A stretch of 64,000 nt of DNA from NCBI GenBank assembly GCA_030390025.1, contig JASTWF010000035.1:2108001-2172000 (forward strand), written 5' to 3'. Each line of letters opens with the position of its first letter. Position 1 is the first letter of the stretch. Shown here piece by piece: positions 12,819-25,347 of the stretch. The position numbers were made by a program, and so were the translations under genes. The DNA is from Squalus acanthias. Lineage: Eukaryota. The notes beneath the pieces were generated by a model. It saw only the letters and a program-made list of their open reading frames with translations, searched no databases and was not told where the DNA came from.

Positions 12819-13732
12819 TTTTTTTTTAAAATTCGTTTTTATGAGATGTGGGCGTCGCTGGCAAGGCCAGCATTTATTGCCCATCCCTAATTGCCCTCGA
12901 GAAGGTGGTGGTGAGCCGCCTTCTTGAACCGCTGCAGTCCGTGTAGTGAAGGTACTCCCACAGTGCTGTTAGGGAGGGAGTTCCAGGATTTTGACCCAGC
13001 GACGATGAAGGAACGGCGATATACTTAGTCAGGATGGTGTGTGACTTGGAGGGGAACTTGGAGGTGGTGGTGTTCCCATGCACCTGCTCCCCTTGTCCTT
13101 CTCGGTGGATATTAAATATATTCACGGATGAGTTAGATATATTTCTTAAAGCTAAAGGTATCAAGGGATATGGGGAGAAGGCAGGTACAGGGTACTGAGT
13201 TTAGATGATCAGCCATGATCTCATCGAATGGCGGAGCAGGCTCGAGGGGCCGAATGGCCTACTCCTGCTCCTATCTTCTATGTTTCTATGGAAGAGGTCG
13301 CGGGTTTGGGAGGTGCTGCCGAAGAAGCCTTGGCGAGTTGCTGCAGTGCATCTTGTAGATGGTACACACTGCAGCCACGGTACGCCGGTGGTGGAGGGAG
13401 TAAATGTTTAAGGTGGCGGATGGGGTGCCAATCAAGCGGGCTGCTTTGTCCTGGATGGTGTCAATCTTCTTGAGTGTTGTTTTCCTTAGAGCAGAGAAGG
13501 CTGAGGGCGGACCTGATTGTTGGAGCTGCATCCAGGCAAGTGGAGAGTATTCCATCACACTCCTTACTTGTGCCGTGCAGTTGCTACAAAGGCTTTGGAG
13601 AGTCAGGAGGTGAGACATTCGCCGCAGAATACCTCGCCTCAGACCTGTTTTTTTTGGCACAGTATTTATGTGGCTGGTCCAGTTAAGATTCTGGTCAAAG
13701 GTGACACCCAGGATGTTGATTGTGGGGGATTC
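12819..13732 (-). mobile_element. 3' part of poly(A)-tailed CR1-group LINE; hosts nested insertions and resumes at 18768-18792
   Basis: Poly(T) at 12819; SHLLT...AQVRSVMEYSPLAWM. The sequence gggggattc|ggcaatggtaatgccgttgaatgtca is contiguous across the 13733-18767 insertion. Confidence 0.85.
13110..13290 (+). mobile_element. short 5'-truncated CR1 3' end
   Basis: Nearly identical to 24917-25095; ends in (ttctatgt)n. Confidence 0.9.
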
Positions 13733-16700
13733 ATAGAGTCATAAATAGAGTTATACAGCACAGAAAGAGGCCCTTCGGCCCATCGTGTCCGCGCCGGCCA
13801 TCAAGCCCTGTCTATTCTAATCCCATTTTCCAGCACTTGGTCCGTAGCCTTGTATGCTATGGCGTTTCAAGTGCTCATCTAAATGCTTCCTGAATGTTGT
13901 GAGGGTTCCTGCCTCTACCACCCTTTCAGGCAGTGAGTTCCAGATTCCAACCACCCTCTGGGTGAAAAAGTTTTTCCTCAAATCCCCTCTAAACCTCCTG
14001 CCCCTTACCTTGAAACTATGCCCCCTGGTTATTGACCCCTCTACTAAGGGGAAAAGTTCCTTTCTATCTATGCTTTCTATGCCCCTCATAATTTTGTACA
14101 CCTCAATCAGGATCCCCCTCAGCCTTCTCTGCTCTAAGGAAAACAACCCCAGCTCTGTCCAGTCTCTCTTCATAGCTGAAGCGCTCCAGCCCAGGTAACA
14201 TCCTGGTGAATCTCCTCTGCACCCTCTCCAATGCAATCACATCCTTCCTATAGTGTGGCGACCAGAACTGCACACAGTATTCCAGCTGTGGCCTAACTAG
14301 CGTTTTGTACAGCTCCATCATAACCTCCCTGCTCTTATATTCTATGCCTCGGCTAATGAAGGCAAGTATCCCATATGCCTTTTTAACCACCTTATCTACC
14401 TGTCCTGCTGCCTTCAGGGATCTATGTACATGCACACCAAGGTCCCTCTGATCCTCTGTCCTTCCTAGGGTCCTACCATTCATTGTGTATTCCCTTGCCT
14501 TGTTAGTCCTCCCAAAATGCATCACCTCACACTTTTCAGGGATAAATTCCATTTGCCACTGTTCTGCCCATCTGACCAACCCGTTTATATCGTCCTGTAG
14601 CCTGAGGCTTCCCTCCTCGCTATTTACCACCCCACCAATTTTCGTGTCATCTGTGAACTTACTGATCATACCTCCTACATTCATATCTAAATCATTAATG
14701 TACACTACAAACAGCAAAGGACCCAGCACCGATCCCTGCGGTACACCACAGGACACAGGCTTCCAGTCACAAAAACAACCTTCGACCATCACCCTCTGCC
14801 TCCTGCCACTAAGCCAATTTTGGATCCAATGTGCCAAGTTGCCCTGGATCCCATGGGCTCTTACCTTCTTGACCAGTCTCCCATGCGGGACTTTGTCAAA
14901 AGCCTTACTGAAGTCCATGTAGACCACATCAACTGCACTACCCTCATCCACACACCTAGTCACCCCCTCAAAAAATTCAATCAAACTGGTCAGACATGAT
15001 CTCCCCCTGACAAAGCCATGCTGACTATCCTTGATTAATCCTTGCCTCTCCAAGTGGAGACTAATTCTGTCCCTCAGAATTTTTTCCAATAATTTCCCGA
15101 CCACTAATGTTAGGCTCATTGGCCTGTAATTCCCTGGTTTATCCCTACTACCCTTCTTGAATAATGGTACTACATTAGCTGTTCTCCAGTCCTCTGGCAC
15201 CTCCCCTGTGGCCAGAGAGGTTCTGAAAATTTGTGTCAGAGCCCTTGCAATCTCTTCCCTTGCCTCACACAGCAGCCTGGGATACATCTCATCTGGGCCT
15301 GAGGATTTATCCTCTTTTAAGCCCGCTAAAACCGCTAATACCTCCTCCCTCTCAATACTAATTTGTTCAAGTATATCACAATTCCCCCTGCCTGATTTCT
15401 ATGCCTACATCGTCCTTCTCCATAGTGAACACAGATGCAAAATATTCATTTAAAACCTCACCTACATCTTCTGGCTCTACACACAGATTGCCACTTTGGT
15501 CCCTAATGGGCCCTACTCTTTCCCTGGTTATCCTCTTGCCCTTAATATACTTATAAAACACCTTGGGATTTTCCTTTATTTTGCCCGCCAGTGTTTTTCC
15601 ATGCCCCCTCTTCGCTCTCCTAATTTCTTTTTTAAGTACCCCCCTGCACTTTCTATACTCCTCTAGGGCTTCCACTGTTTTTAGTCCTTTGTATCTGCCA
15701 AAAGCCTCCCTTTTTTTCGTAATCCATTCTCGTATATCCCTTGATATCCAGGGTCCCTGGGCTTGTTGGTCCCACCTTTGACCTTTACGGGAACATGTTG
15801 GCATTGTACTCTCTCTATTTCCTTTCTGAAAGACTCCCACTGCTCTGATGTGGATTTTCCTACAAGTAGTTGATCCCAGTCTACTTTGGCCAGATCCTGC
15901 CTTATATTAAAATCGGCCTTCCCCCAATTTAGAACCTTTATTTTCGGTCCATCTTTGTCCTTTTCCATGACTACCTTAAATCTCACCGAATTATGGTCAC
16001 TGTCACCAAAATGCTCTCCTACTAACACTTCTACCACTTGCCCGGCTACATTCCCTAGAATTAGGTCCAGTACCGCCCCCTGTCTTGGGACTTTCTACAT
16101 GCTGGCTCAAAAAGCTCTCCTGGATGCACTTTAAGAATTCCGCACCCTCTAAGCCTTTTACACTCTGACTATCCCAGTTAATATTGGGGAAGTTGAAATA
16201 CCCTATTATTACTCTATTATTTCTACACTTCTCTGAAATTTGCCTACTTATCTGTTCCTCTATCTCCCCCTGACTGTTTGGGGGCCTATAGTACACTCCC
16301 AGCAAAGTGCTTGCCCCCTTTTTGTTTTTAAGTTCTCCCCATATGGCCTCATTAGAGAAACTGCTAAGATATCATCCCTCCTTACAGCAGTAATTGACTC
16401 CTTGATTAATATTGCGTCACCCCCTCCTCTTTTACACCCCCCTCTGTCTCGCCTGAAGATTCTATACACCGGAATATTGAGCTGCCAGTCCTGCCTCTCC
16501 CTCAACCATGTCTCTGTGATAGCAACAATATCATACTCCCATGTGTTCATCAACACCTTCAATTCATCTGCCTTACTCGCAAAACTCCTTGCATTAAAAT
16601 AAATGCGATCCAGCCTTGCCATACTCCCTTGTGCCATTACTTATTTGCTCTGCCTTTCAGGCGGACTTGTTTTTTCCTCTATAGTTGGCTGTGCATCACC

Positions 16701-18767
16701 CCCTACTATAGCTCCACTCCACATCCCATCCCCCTGCCAAGTTAGTTTAAACCCCCCCACAACAGTACTAGCAAATCTCCCCGCAAGGATGTTGGTCCCG
16801 TTCCGGTTCAGGTGCAACCCGTCCGACTTGTAAAGGTCCCACCTACCCCAGAGACAGACCCAGTGATCCAGGAAACTAAAGCCCTCCCTCCTGCACCAAC
16901 TCTTTAGCCACGCATTCATCTGCTCTATCCTCCTATTCCTATACTCACTAGCACATGGCACCAGGAGTAATCCAGAGATTACAACCTTTGAGGTCCCGCT
17001 TTTTAATCTGCTACCTAGCTCCCTAAATTCTTGTTGCAGGACCTCATCCCTCCACGAGGACCTCATGCCACCGTGTTGAGGGCAACACGGTGGCATAGTG
17101 GTTAGCACTGGTGCCTCACAGCGCCAGAGACCCGGGTTCGAATCTGACCTCGGGTGACTGTCTGTGTGGAGTTTGCACATTCTCCCCGTGTCTGCGTGGG
17201 TTTCCTCCGGGTGCTCCGGTTTCCTCCCACAGTCCAAAAATGTGTGGGTTAGGTTGATTTGGCTATGATAAATTGACCCTTAGTGTTAGGGGGGATTAAA
17301 TATGTGGGGTTATGGGGATAGGATGGGATATGTTAGGGGGAATTAAATACGTGGGGTTACGGGGGTAGGGTGGGATATGTGTACTGTGGGGATTAAAGCA
17401 GGGACAGGGTACTGGATTTGGATGATCAGCCATGATCGTATTGAATGGCGGAGCAGGCTCGACGGGTCGAATGGCCTACTCCTGCTCCTAGATTCTATGT
17501 TTCTATGTTTCTATGTTTCTACCCATGTCATTGGTACCAATGTGAACCACGACCTCTGACTGTTCGCCCTCCCCCTTCAGAATGCCCTGCAGCCGTTCAG
17601 TGACATCCTTGACCCTGGCACCAGGGAGGCAAGATACCATCCTGGAGTCACGTCTGCGGCCACAGAAACGTCTATTTGTTCCCATTACAATAGAATCCCC
17701 TATCACTATTGCTCTCCCACTCTTTTTCCTCCCCTCCTGTGCAGCTGAGCCACTCGTAGTGCCACAGACTTGGCTCTTGCTGCATTCCCCTGAGAAACCA
17801 TCTCCCCCATCAGTATCCAAAACGGAAAATCTGTCAGAGAGGGAGATGGACCCAGGGGACTCCTACACTACCTTCCTAGTTCTTTTACTCTGTCTAGTGG
17901 TCACCATTCCCTGTCTGCCTGTGCACTCTTTACCTGCGGTGTGACCACATTGTTAAACGTGCTATCCACGAAGATCTCAGCTTCGCGGATGCTCCACAGT
18001 GACTCCAGCCGCAGCTCCAGCTCCGAAACACGGATTTCGAGTAACTGCAGCTGGAGACACTTCCTGCATATGTGTTCGCCCTGGACACCTAAAGTGTCCC
18101 TGACTTCCAACATAGCACAGGAGGAGCATTCCACGCTGCCGAGCTGCCCTGCCATGTCCTACCCTTAATTTACTTCCTTTAAATTAAAGAATATTAAATA
18201 CACTAGGGACCTTACTTCCCTTTAAACACTACTTACTCTAAACTAGAGACCTTACTTTTACTTTAATGACTGGAATGTAGAAATACTGTAGAAATGCTCA
18301 CCGCTGGTTCTCTGTCCCCTCTTGTGCAGCTTTTTAGCTCCTGCTCTCCTGGAAGCTGACAAAGATGGAAAAAGAAAGGAACACCTCCCTCCCCGAACTC
18401 CCTCACTCACCAAACTCTCAGCTTAACACTCTGTTCCAACCTGCACTCCATGACAAACTGCACTCCAGCCTCCCTTATTTATACTGCTGAGATTTAAGTA
18501 AGTGAGCTCTCTGGCAGTTACAGAACCAGGTTAGACCACTTAATTAATTAATTACTCTCACCTGCTCTCCAGCACAGAGCTTGATTCGCCCTGCCCAAGC
18601 CTGGAAGAAACTTAAAACTTGAAACAGTAAATTTAAATGCGAATTGCAAGCACACAAGACTAGAATTTATAAAAATAAGAGATTAACCTTTAAGATTCAC
18701 TCCCTCACTCACCAAACTCGCAGCTTAACACTCTGTTCCAATCTGCACTCCGTGACAAACTGCACTC
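13733..18767 (-). mobile_element. full-length, decayed CR1 LINE (5'UTR, ORF1 18155-16742, ORF2 to 13817)
   Basis: ORF1 CSSC..CRKC zinc finger, leucine zipper and IVIGDS/HIGTND/DGLH esterase. Frameshifted EN-RT ORF2. 3' tail at 13733. Inserted into another LINE. Confidence 0.92.
17080..17520 (+). mobile_element. HE1/V-SINE-type tRNA-derived SINE inserted in CR1 ORF1
   Basis: tRNA-like A box (tggcatagtgg) and B box (ggttcgaatc), V-domain (ctgtgtggagtttgcacattctccccgtgtctgcgtgggtttcctccggg), CR1-derived 3' tail. Confidence 0.9.
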
Positions 18768-18792
18768 GGCAATGGTAATGCCGTTGAATGTC

Positions 18793-20236
18793 AGGGTTGA
18801 CGGTGGATAGGCAATGGCAAACATTTAAAGATCGCATGGATGAACTACAGAATTTGTTCATCCCTGTTTGGCATAAAAATAAAACAAAAAAGGTGACTCA
18901 GCCGTGGCTAACAAGGGAAATTAGGGATAGCATAAGATTCAAGGAGAGGACATATAATTTGGCCAGAAAAAGCAGCAAACCTGAGGATTGGGAGCAGTTT
19001 AGGATTCAACAAAGGAGGACAAAGGGATTAATTAAGAGGGGGAAAATAGAGTATGAGAGTAAGCTTTCAGGGAACATAAAAACTGACTGTAAAAGCTTCA
19101 ATAGATATGTGAAGAGAAAAAGATTGGTGAAGTCAAGCGTAGGTCCCTTGCAGTCAGAATCAGGGGAATTTATAATGGGGAACAAAGAAATGGCAGCCCA
19201 ATTAAATACATACTTTGGTTCTGTCTTCACAAAGGAGGACACAAATAACCTCCCAGAGATGTCGGGGAACATAGGGTCTAATGAGAGGGAAGAATTGAAT
19301 GAAATCAGTATTTGTAGGGAAATGGTGTTAGGGAAATTGACGGGATTGAAAGCCGATAAATCCCCAGGGCCTGATAATCTACATCCTAGTGTACTTAAGG
19401 AAGTGGCCCTAGAAATAGCAGATGCATTGCTGGTCATCTTTCAAAATTCTATGGACTCTGGAACAGTTCCCATGGATTTAAGGATATCTAATGTAACCCC
19501 ACTATTTAAAAAAGGTGGCAGAGAGAAAAGGGGAATTATAGACCGGTAAGCCTGACATCGGTAGTGGGGAAAATGCTAGAGTCCATTATAAAAGATGTAA
19601 TAGCAGAGCACTTGGAAAATAGTGACAGGATCGAACAAAGTCAACATGGATTTACAAAAGGTAAATCATGCTTGACTAATCTACTGGAATTTTTTGAGGA
19701 TGTAACTGGTAGAATAGATAAGGGAGAACCAGTGGATGTGGTGTATTTGGACTTTCAGAAGGCTTTCGATAAGGTCCCGCATAAGAGATTAGCGTGCAAA
19801 GTTAAAGCACATGGGATTGGGGGCAAGGTACTGACTTGGATAGAAAACTGGTTGGCAGACAGAAAGCAAAGAGTTGGAATAAACGGGTCTTTTTCCGAGT
19901 GGCAGGCAGTGACTAGTGGGGTACCGCAGGGATCGGTGCTAGGAACCCAGCTTTTCACAATATATATAAATGATTTAGACGAGGAAACTCGATGTAATAT
20001 TCCAAGTTTGCAGACGACACAAAGCTGGGTGGGCATGTGTGCTGTGAGGAGGATGCAGAGAAACTCCAGTATGATTTGGACAGGTTGGGTGATTGGGCAG
20101 ATGCATGGCAGATGCAGTATAATGTGGATAAATGCGAGCAGGCACAGGGTACTGAATTTGGATGATCAGCCATGATCTCAACAGGCTCGAGGGGCCGAAT
20201 GGCCTACTCCTGCTCCTATCATCTATGATTCTATGT
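18793..20236 (+). mobile_element. 5'-truncated CR1 with an internal deletion joining the RT region to the 3' tail
   Basis: Matches the 22950-24295 region, then jumps (gataaatgcgag|caggcacagggtactga) to the tail. Confidence 0.9.
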
Positions 20237-20239
20237 TTT

Positions 20240-20794
20240 TGTCAGTGTGTGTGTCGGCGTCAGTGTCTGTCAGTGTGAGTGTCTGTGTCTGTCAGTGTGA
20301 GTGTCGGCGTCAGTGTCTGTTAGTGTGAGTGTCGGTGTCTGTCAATGTGAGTGTCGGTGTCTGTCAGTGTGAGTGTCTGTGTCTGTCAGTGTGAGTGTCG
20401 GTGTCAGTGTCTGTCAGTGAGAGTGTCGGCGTCTGTCAGTGTGAGTGTCGGTGTCAGTGTCTGTCAGTGTGAGTGTCAGTGTCTGTCAGTGTAAGTGTCT
20501 GTGTCTGTCAGTGTAAGTGTCTGTGTCTGTCAGTGTGAGTGTCTGTGTCTGTCAGTGTGAGTGTCGGAGTCAGTGTCTGTCAGTGTAAGTGGCTGTGTCT
20601 GTCAGTGTAAGTGTCTGTGTCTGTCAGTGTAAGTGTCTGTGTCTGTCAGTGTGAGTGTCGGCGTCAGTGTCTGTCAGTGTAAGTGTCTGTGTCTGTCAGT
20701 GTAAGTGTCTGTGTCTGTCAGTGTAAGTGTCTGTGTCTGTCAGTGTGAGTGTCGGCGTCAGTGTCTGTCAGTGAGAGTGTCAGTGTCAGTGTCT
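20240..20794. repeat. GT-rich ~20-26-bp tandem repeat, split by the LTR element (continues 30036-30115)
   Basis: Tandem GTCTGTCAGTGTGAGTGTC-like units on both sides of the LTR element. Confidence 0.92.
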
Positions 20795-20951
20795 TGTAGG
20801 ATAGGGTGTACCTGTAGGATTTAAGAAACATTATTAAGATTCTATAACCATTTTTGTATAACTATAATATGTGAAATTGTATGTTAAAAGCCTAAAAGCC
20901 TGTATAAAATGGCGAATGGCTGAGAGCAAAGCAGGATGGGATATTATGCCA

Positions 20952-21092
20952 TAGCAAAATACTGCGGATGCTGGAAATCCGAAATAGAATCAGTTCTGAT
21001 GAAAGGTCATCGACCTGAAACGTTAACTCTCTTTCTCTCTCCACGGATGCTGCCTGGCCTGCTGAGTTTTTCCAGCGTTTTCTGTTGTTATT
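20952..21092 (+). mobile_element. 141-bp Penelope-like (pseudo-LTR-derived) insert in the 5' LTR
   Basis: Absent from the 3' LTR; 15-bp TSD TGGGATATTATGCCA (20937-20951, 21093-21107); contains a hammerhead core. Confidence 0.85.
20992..21028 (+). ncRNA. minimal type I hammerhead ribozyme
   Basis: agtt-CTGATGA-a-aggtc(atc)gacct-GAAAC-GTT-aact: stem I, core, stem II and palindromic AACGTT stem III. Confidence 0.75.
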
Positions 21093-21699
21093 TGGGATAT
21101 TATGCCAACCTGACTAAAAACCTCTCTTTAAAATTACTGAAGTAACGGAATGTTGTGCTAAGTTTCTGGAGACGAGGAATTCAGCAATATTATGCTTAAA
21201 GAGATAAAAACTAGAGAGAGAGATAGGAGTTGGAGACATCCTTCATTGGTACAGCTACAGGATGGGCAGACTGTTTAGAAAACATTCTAGGAAATGTTCT
21301 GTGAAAAGTGAACATCTGAGATAAGGGTACTTTGTTATGCATAGAGAAAAACCTAGTGGGATCAACAAGGTCGTAAGATGGCTAACGAGGGAAGCAAGAC
21401 TTTTACCAGGTGTCAGAGGGTTAATTACTGCCACATAGGCAAACTGAGAGGAAAAAGAGTATAAAGATACAGGTTTTGAACATCGAAAGCAGCGCACCAT
21501 GTAACCAGAGATTGATAGGAGCTTCAGTCAACAGAACACAGCAAGATCCCAAGGAAGCGAGCTTCGGTCAACAGAACACAGCAAGATACATCAGGAGACT
21601 TGCGCCACAGTCACTTGGAAGGAACGTCGGGGTTCGAACGATCAGACTGTGACTATCTTCTTGTTAACTATTACTTCTTTGTACTGGATGTTTAATGCT

Positions 21700-24600
21700 A
21701 TAGGTAAAAAACGGGATGAGGTCCTAAAAGCAGAATATAGGGAGTTAGGAGGTAAATTAAAAAAGAGGACCTCAAAGGTAGTAATCTCAGGATTGCTACC
21801 AGTGCCACGTGCTAGTCAGAGTAGAAATAGGAGGATATTTCAAATGAATGCGTGGCTAGAGGAATGGTGCAAGGGGGAGGGATTCAAATTCCTTGGACAT
21901 TGGAACCGGTACTGGGGGAGGTGGGACCAGTACAAACGGGAAGGTCTGCACCTGGGCAGGGCCGGGACTGATGTACTAGGGGGAGTGTTTGCTCGTGCTG
22001 TTGGGGAGGGTTTAAACTAAAGTGGCAGGGGGTTGGGAACCTGAGCAGGGAGACAGAGGAAAGGGAAACAAGGATAACAGCTAAAGACAGGAAGGAGAAA
22101 AACAAAAGTAGAATGCAAAGAACTCAACGGTTTAAATCAAACATGGTCACAGTAAATAATAATTCATATAGGTCTGAGAGCGTTAAAAAAACAAGCCTGA
22201 AGGCTTTGTGTCTTAATGCAAGGAGCATTCGGAACAAGGTGGATGAATTAACTGCGCAAATAGAGGTAAATGAATACGATTTGATTGGGATTACAGAAAC
22301 ATGGCTCCAGGGTGGCCAAGGCTGGGAACTCAACATCCAGGGTTATTCAATATTTAGGAAAGATAAGCAAAAAAGAAAGGGAGGTGGGGTAGCATTGCTG
22401 GTTAAAGAGGGGATTAACACAATTAAAAGGAAGGATATTAGCTCTGATGATGCGGAATCTGTATGGGTAGAACTGAGAAATAACAAGGGGCAGAAAACGT
22501 TAGTGGGAGTGGTATATAGACCTCCAAACAGTAATACGGAGGTTGGGGACGGCATTAAAAGGGAAATTAGAGAAGCATGCAGTAAGGGCACAGCAGTCAT
22601 CATGGGTGACTTTAATTTACATATAGATTGGGCTAACCAAATTAGTAAAAATACTGTGGAGGAGGAATTCCTAGAATGTTTACGAGATGGTTTTCTGGAA
22701 CAATATGTCGAGGAACCAACCAGAGATCAGGCCATCTTAGACTGGGTATTATGCAACGAGAAAGGATTAATTAGCAATCTTGTTGTACGAGGCCCCTTGG
22801 GTCAGAGTGATCATAATATGATAGAATTCTTCATTAGGATGGAGAGTGAAGTAGTTGAATCAGAGACTAGGGTCCTGAATTTAAATAAAGGAAACCACGA
22901 TGGTATGAGGCGCGAATTGGGTAGGATTGATTGGGGAATGTCACTCAAAGGGTTGACGGTGGATAGGCAATGGCAAACATTCAAAGACTGCATGGATGAA
23001 CTACAGAATTTGTTCATCCCAGTGTGGCATAAGAATAAAACAAAAAGGGTGACTCAACCGTGGCAAACAAGGGAAATTAGGGATAGCATAACATCCAAGG
23101 AGAGGGCATATAAATTGACCAGAAAAAGCGGTAGCCCTGAGGATTGGGAGCAGTTTAGGATTCAACAAAGGAGGACAAAGGGATTAATTAAGACGGGGAA
23201 AATAGAATATGAAAGTAAGCTTGCTGGGAACTTAAAAAGTGACTGTAAGAGCTTTTATAGATATGTGAAGAGAAAAAGATTAGTGAAATCAAGTGTAGGT
23301 CCCTTGCAGTCAGAAGCGGGGGAAGTTATAATGGGGAACAAAGAAATGGCAGCCCAATTAAATGCATACTTTGGTTCTGTCTTCACAAAGGAGGACTCAA
23401 ATAACCTCCCAGAGATGTTGGAGAACATACGGTCTGATGAAAGGGAGGAACTGAAAGAAATCAGTATTTGCAGGGAAATGGTGTTAGGGAAATTGACGGT
23501 ATTGAAGGCCGATAAATCCCCAGGGCCTGATAATCTACATCCTAGGGTACTTAAGGAAGTGGCCCTAGAAATAGTAGATGCATTGCTGATCATCTTCCAA
23601 CATTTGATGGAATCTGGAACTTACCCATGGATTGGAGGGTAGCTAATGTTACCCCACTATTCAAAAAGGGTGGTAGAGAGAAAGCGGGGAATTATAGACC
23701 AGTAAGCCTGACATCGGTAGTGGGGAAAATGCTAGAGTCCATTATAAAGGATGTAATAGCTGAGCATTTGAAAAACAGTGACAGGATCGGACAAAGTCAA
23801 CATGGATGTACAAAAGGTAAATCGTGCTTGACTAATCTACTGGAATTTTTTGAGGATGTAACTGGTAAAATAGATAAGGGAGAACCAGTAGATGTGGTGT
23901 ATTTGGACTTTCAAAAGGCTTTCGATAAGGTCCCGCATAAGAGATTAGCGTGTAAAGTTAAGGCACATGGGATTGGGGGCAAGGTATTGACTTGGATAGA
24001 GAACTGGTTGGCGGACAGAAAGCAGAGAGTAGGAATTAATGGGTCTTTTTCCGAGTGGCAAGCAGTAACTAGTGGGGTACCGCAGGGATCGGTCCTTGGA
24101 CCCCAGCTATTCACAATATACATTAATGATCTAGATAAGGGAATTAAATGTAATATCTCCAAGTTTGCAGATGACACAAAGCTGGGTGGGAGTGTGTGCT
24201 GCGAGGAGGATACCGAGAAACTCCAGGATGATCTGGACAGGTTGGGTGAGTGGGCAGAAGCGTGGCAGATACAATATAACGTGGATAAGTGCGAGGTTAT
24301 CTACTTTGGTGTCAAAAACAGAAAGGCAGACTATTATCCGAATGGCAATACATTGGGAGAAGGGGAAGTGCAACGAGACCTGGGTGTCCTTGTGCACCAG
24401 TCACTGAAAGTAAGCATGCAGGTGCAGCAGGCGGTGAAGAAGGCAAATGGTATGTTGGCCTTCATAGCGAGAGGGTTTGAGTACAGGAACAAGGATGTCT
24501 TGCTGCAGTTGTACAGGGCCTTGGTGAGACCACACCTTGAGTACTGTGTGCAGTTTTGGTCACCTTATCTGAGGAAGGATGTTCTTGCCATGGAAGGAGT

Positions 24601-25095
24601 TCAGCGAAGATTCACAAGGCTGATACCTGGGATGGCAGGAATGACATATGAGGAGAGATTGGGTCGATTGGGCTTATACTCACTGGCGTATAGAAGAATG
24701 AGAGGGGATCTGATCGAAACTTATAAAATTCTGACAGGTCTGGACAAACTAGATGCAGGAAGAATGTTCCCGATGGTCGGAGAGTCCAGAACCAGGGGTC
24801 ATAATCTACGGATAACGGGTAAACCATTTAGGACAGAAATGAGGAAGAATTTCTTCACCCAGAGAGTGGTGAACCTGCGGAATTCTCTACCACAGAAGGT
24901 AGTTGAGGCCAAGTCATTAAATATATTCAAGGATGAGTTAGATATATTTCTTAAAGCTAAAGGTATCAAGGGATATGGGGAGAAGGCAGGTACAGGGTAC
25001 TGAGTTTGGATGATCAGCCATGATCTCATCGAATGGCGGAGCAGGCTCGAGGGGCCGAATGGCGTACTCCTGCTCCTATCTTCTATGTTTCTATG
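21700..25095 (+). mobile_element. 5'-truncated CR1 (ORF1 end + ORF2 with one frameshift near 23625) inserted in the 5' LTR
   Basis: ORFs 21700-22020, 22011-23642, 23627-25003. LTR sequence resumes at 25096. Confidence 0.95.
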
Positions 25096-25189
25096 TAAAC
25101 CTGTTTTACTGATACACCATATACCTGGACCCAGAGTGGTTTGTGTAGTCACGGACACATTATTATAAGAGCTTTTAAAAGTTACAGAT

Positions 25190-25207
25190 TGGCGCCCAAT
25201 GTGGGGC
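25190..25207 (+). promoter_or_regulatory. primer-binding site, tRNA-Lys(CUU)
   Basis: TGGCGCCCAATGTGGGGC, 3 nt after the 5' LTR; one mismatch to the canonical TGGCGCCCAACGTGGGGC. Confidence 0.9.
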
Positions 25208-25347
25208 TGTGACTATTAACTGAAACCAGGTCCATTGTGCATAAGGCAGGCACTTGGATTTTCACTTGGATTTTTGTCTGATCAACAAAAGTTCTTGTGG
25301 AAGGTTAGGTTATCTAACAGATAGTGTCTCTTTAACGTACAGTAAGA

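Noticed and set aside
17080..17155. tRNA gene
   Set aside because: It is the tRNA-derived head of a SINE.
23434..23462. CTGATGA...GAAA hammerhead-like motif
   Set aside because: Lies inside CR1 ORF2 with no convincing stems.
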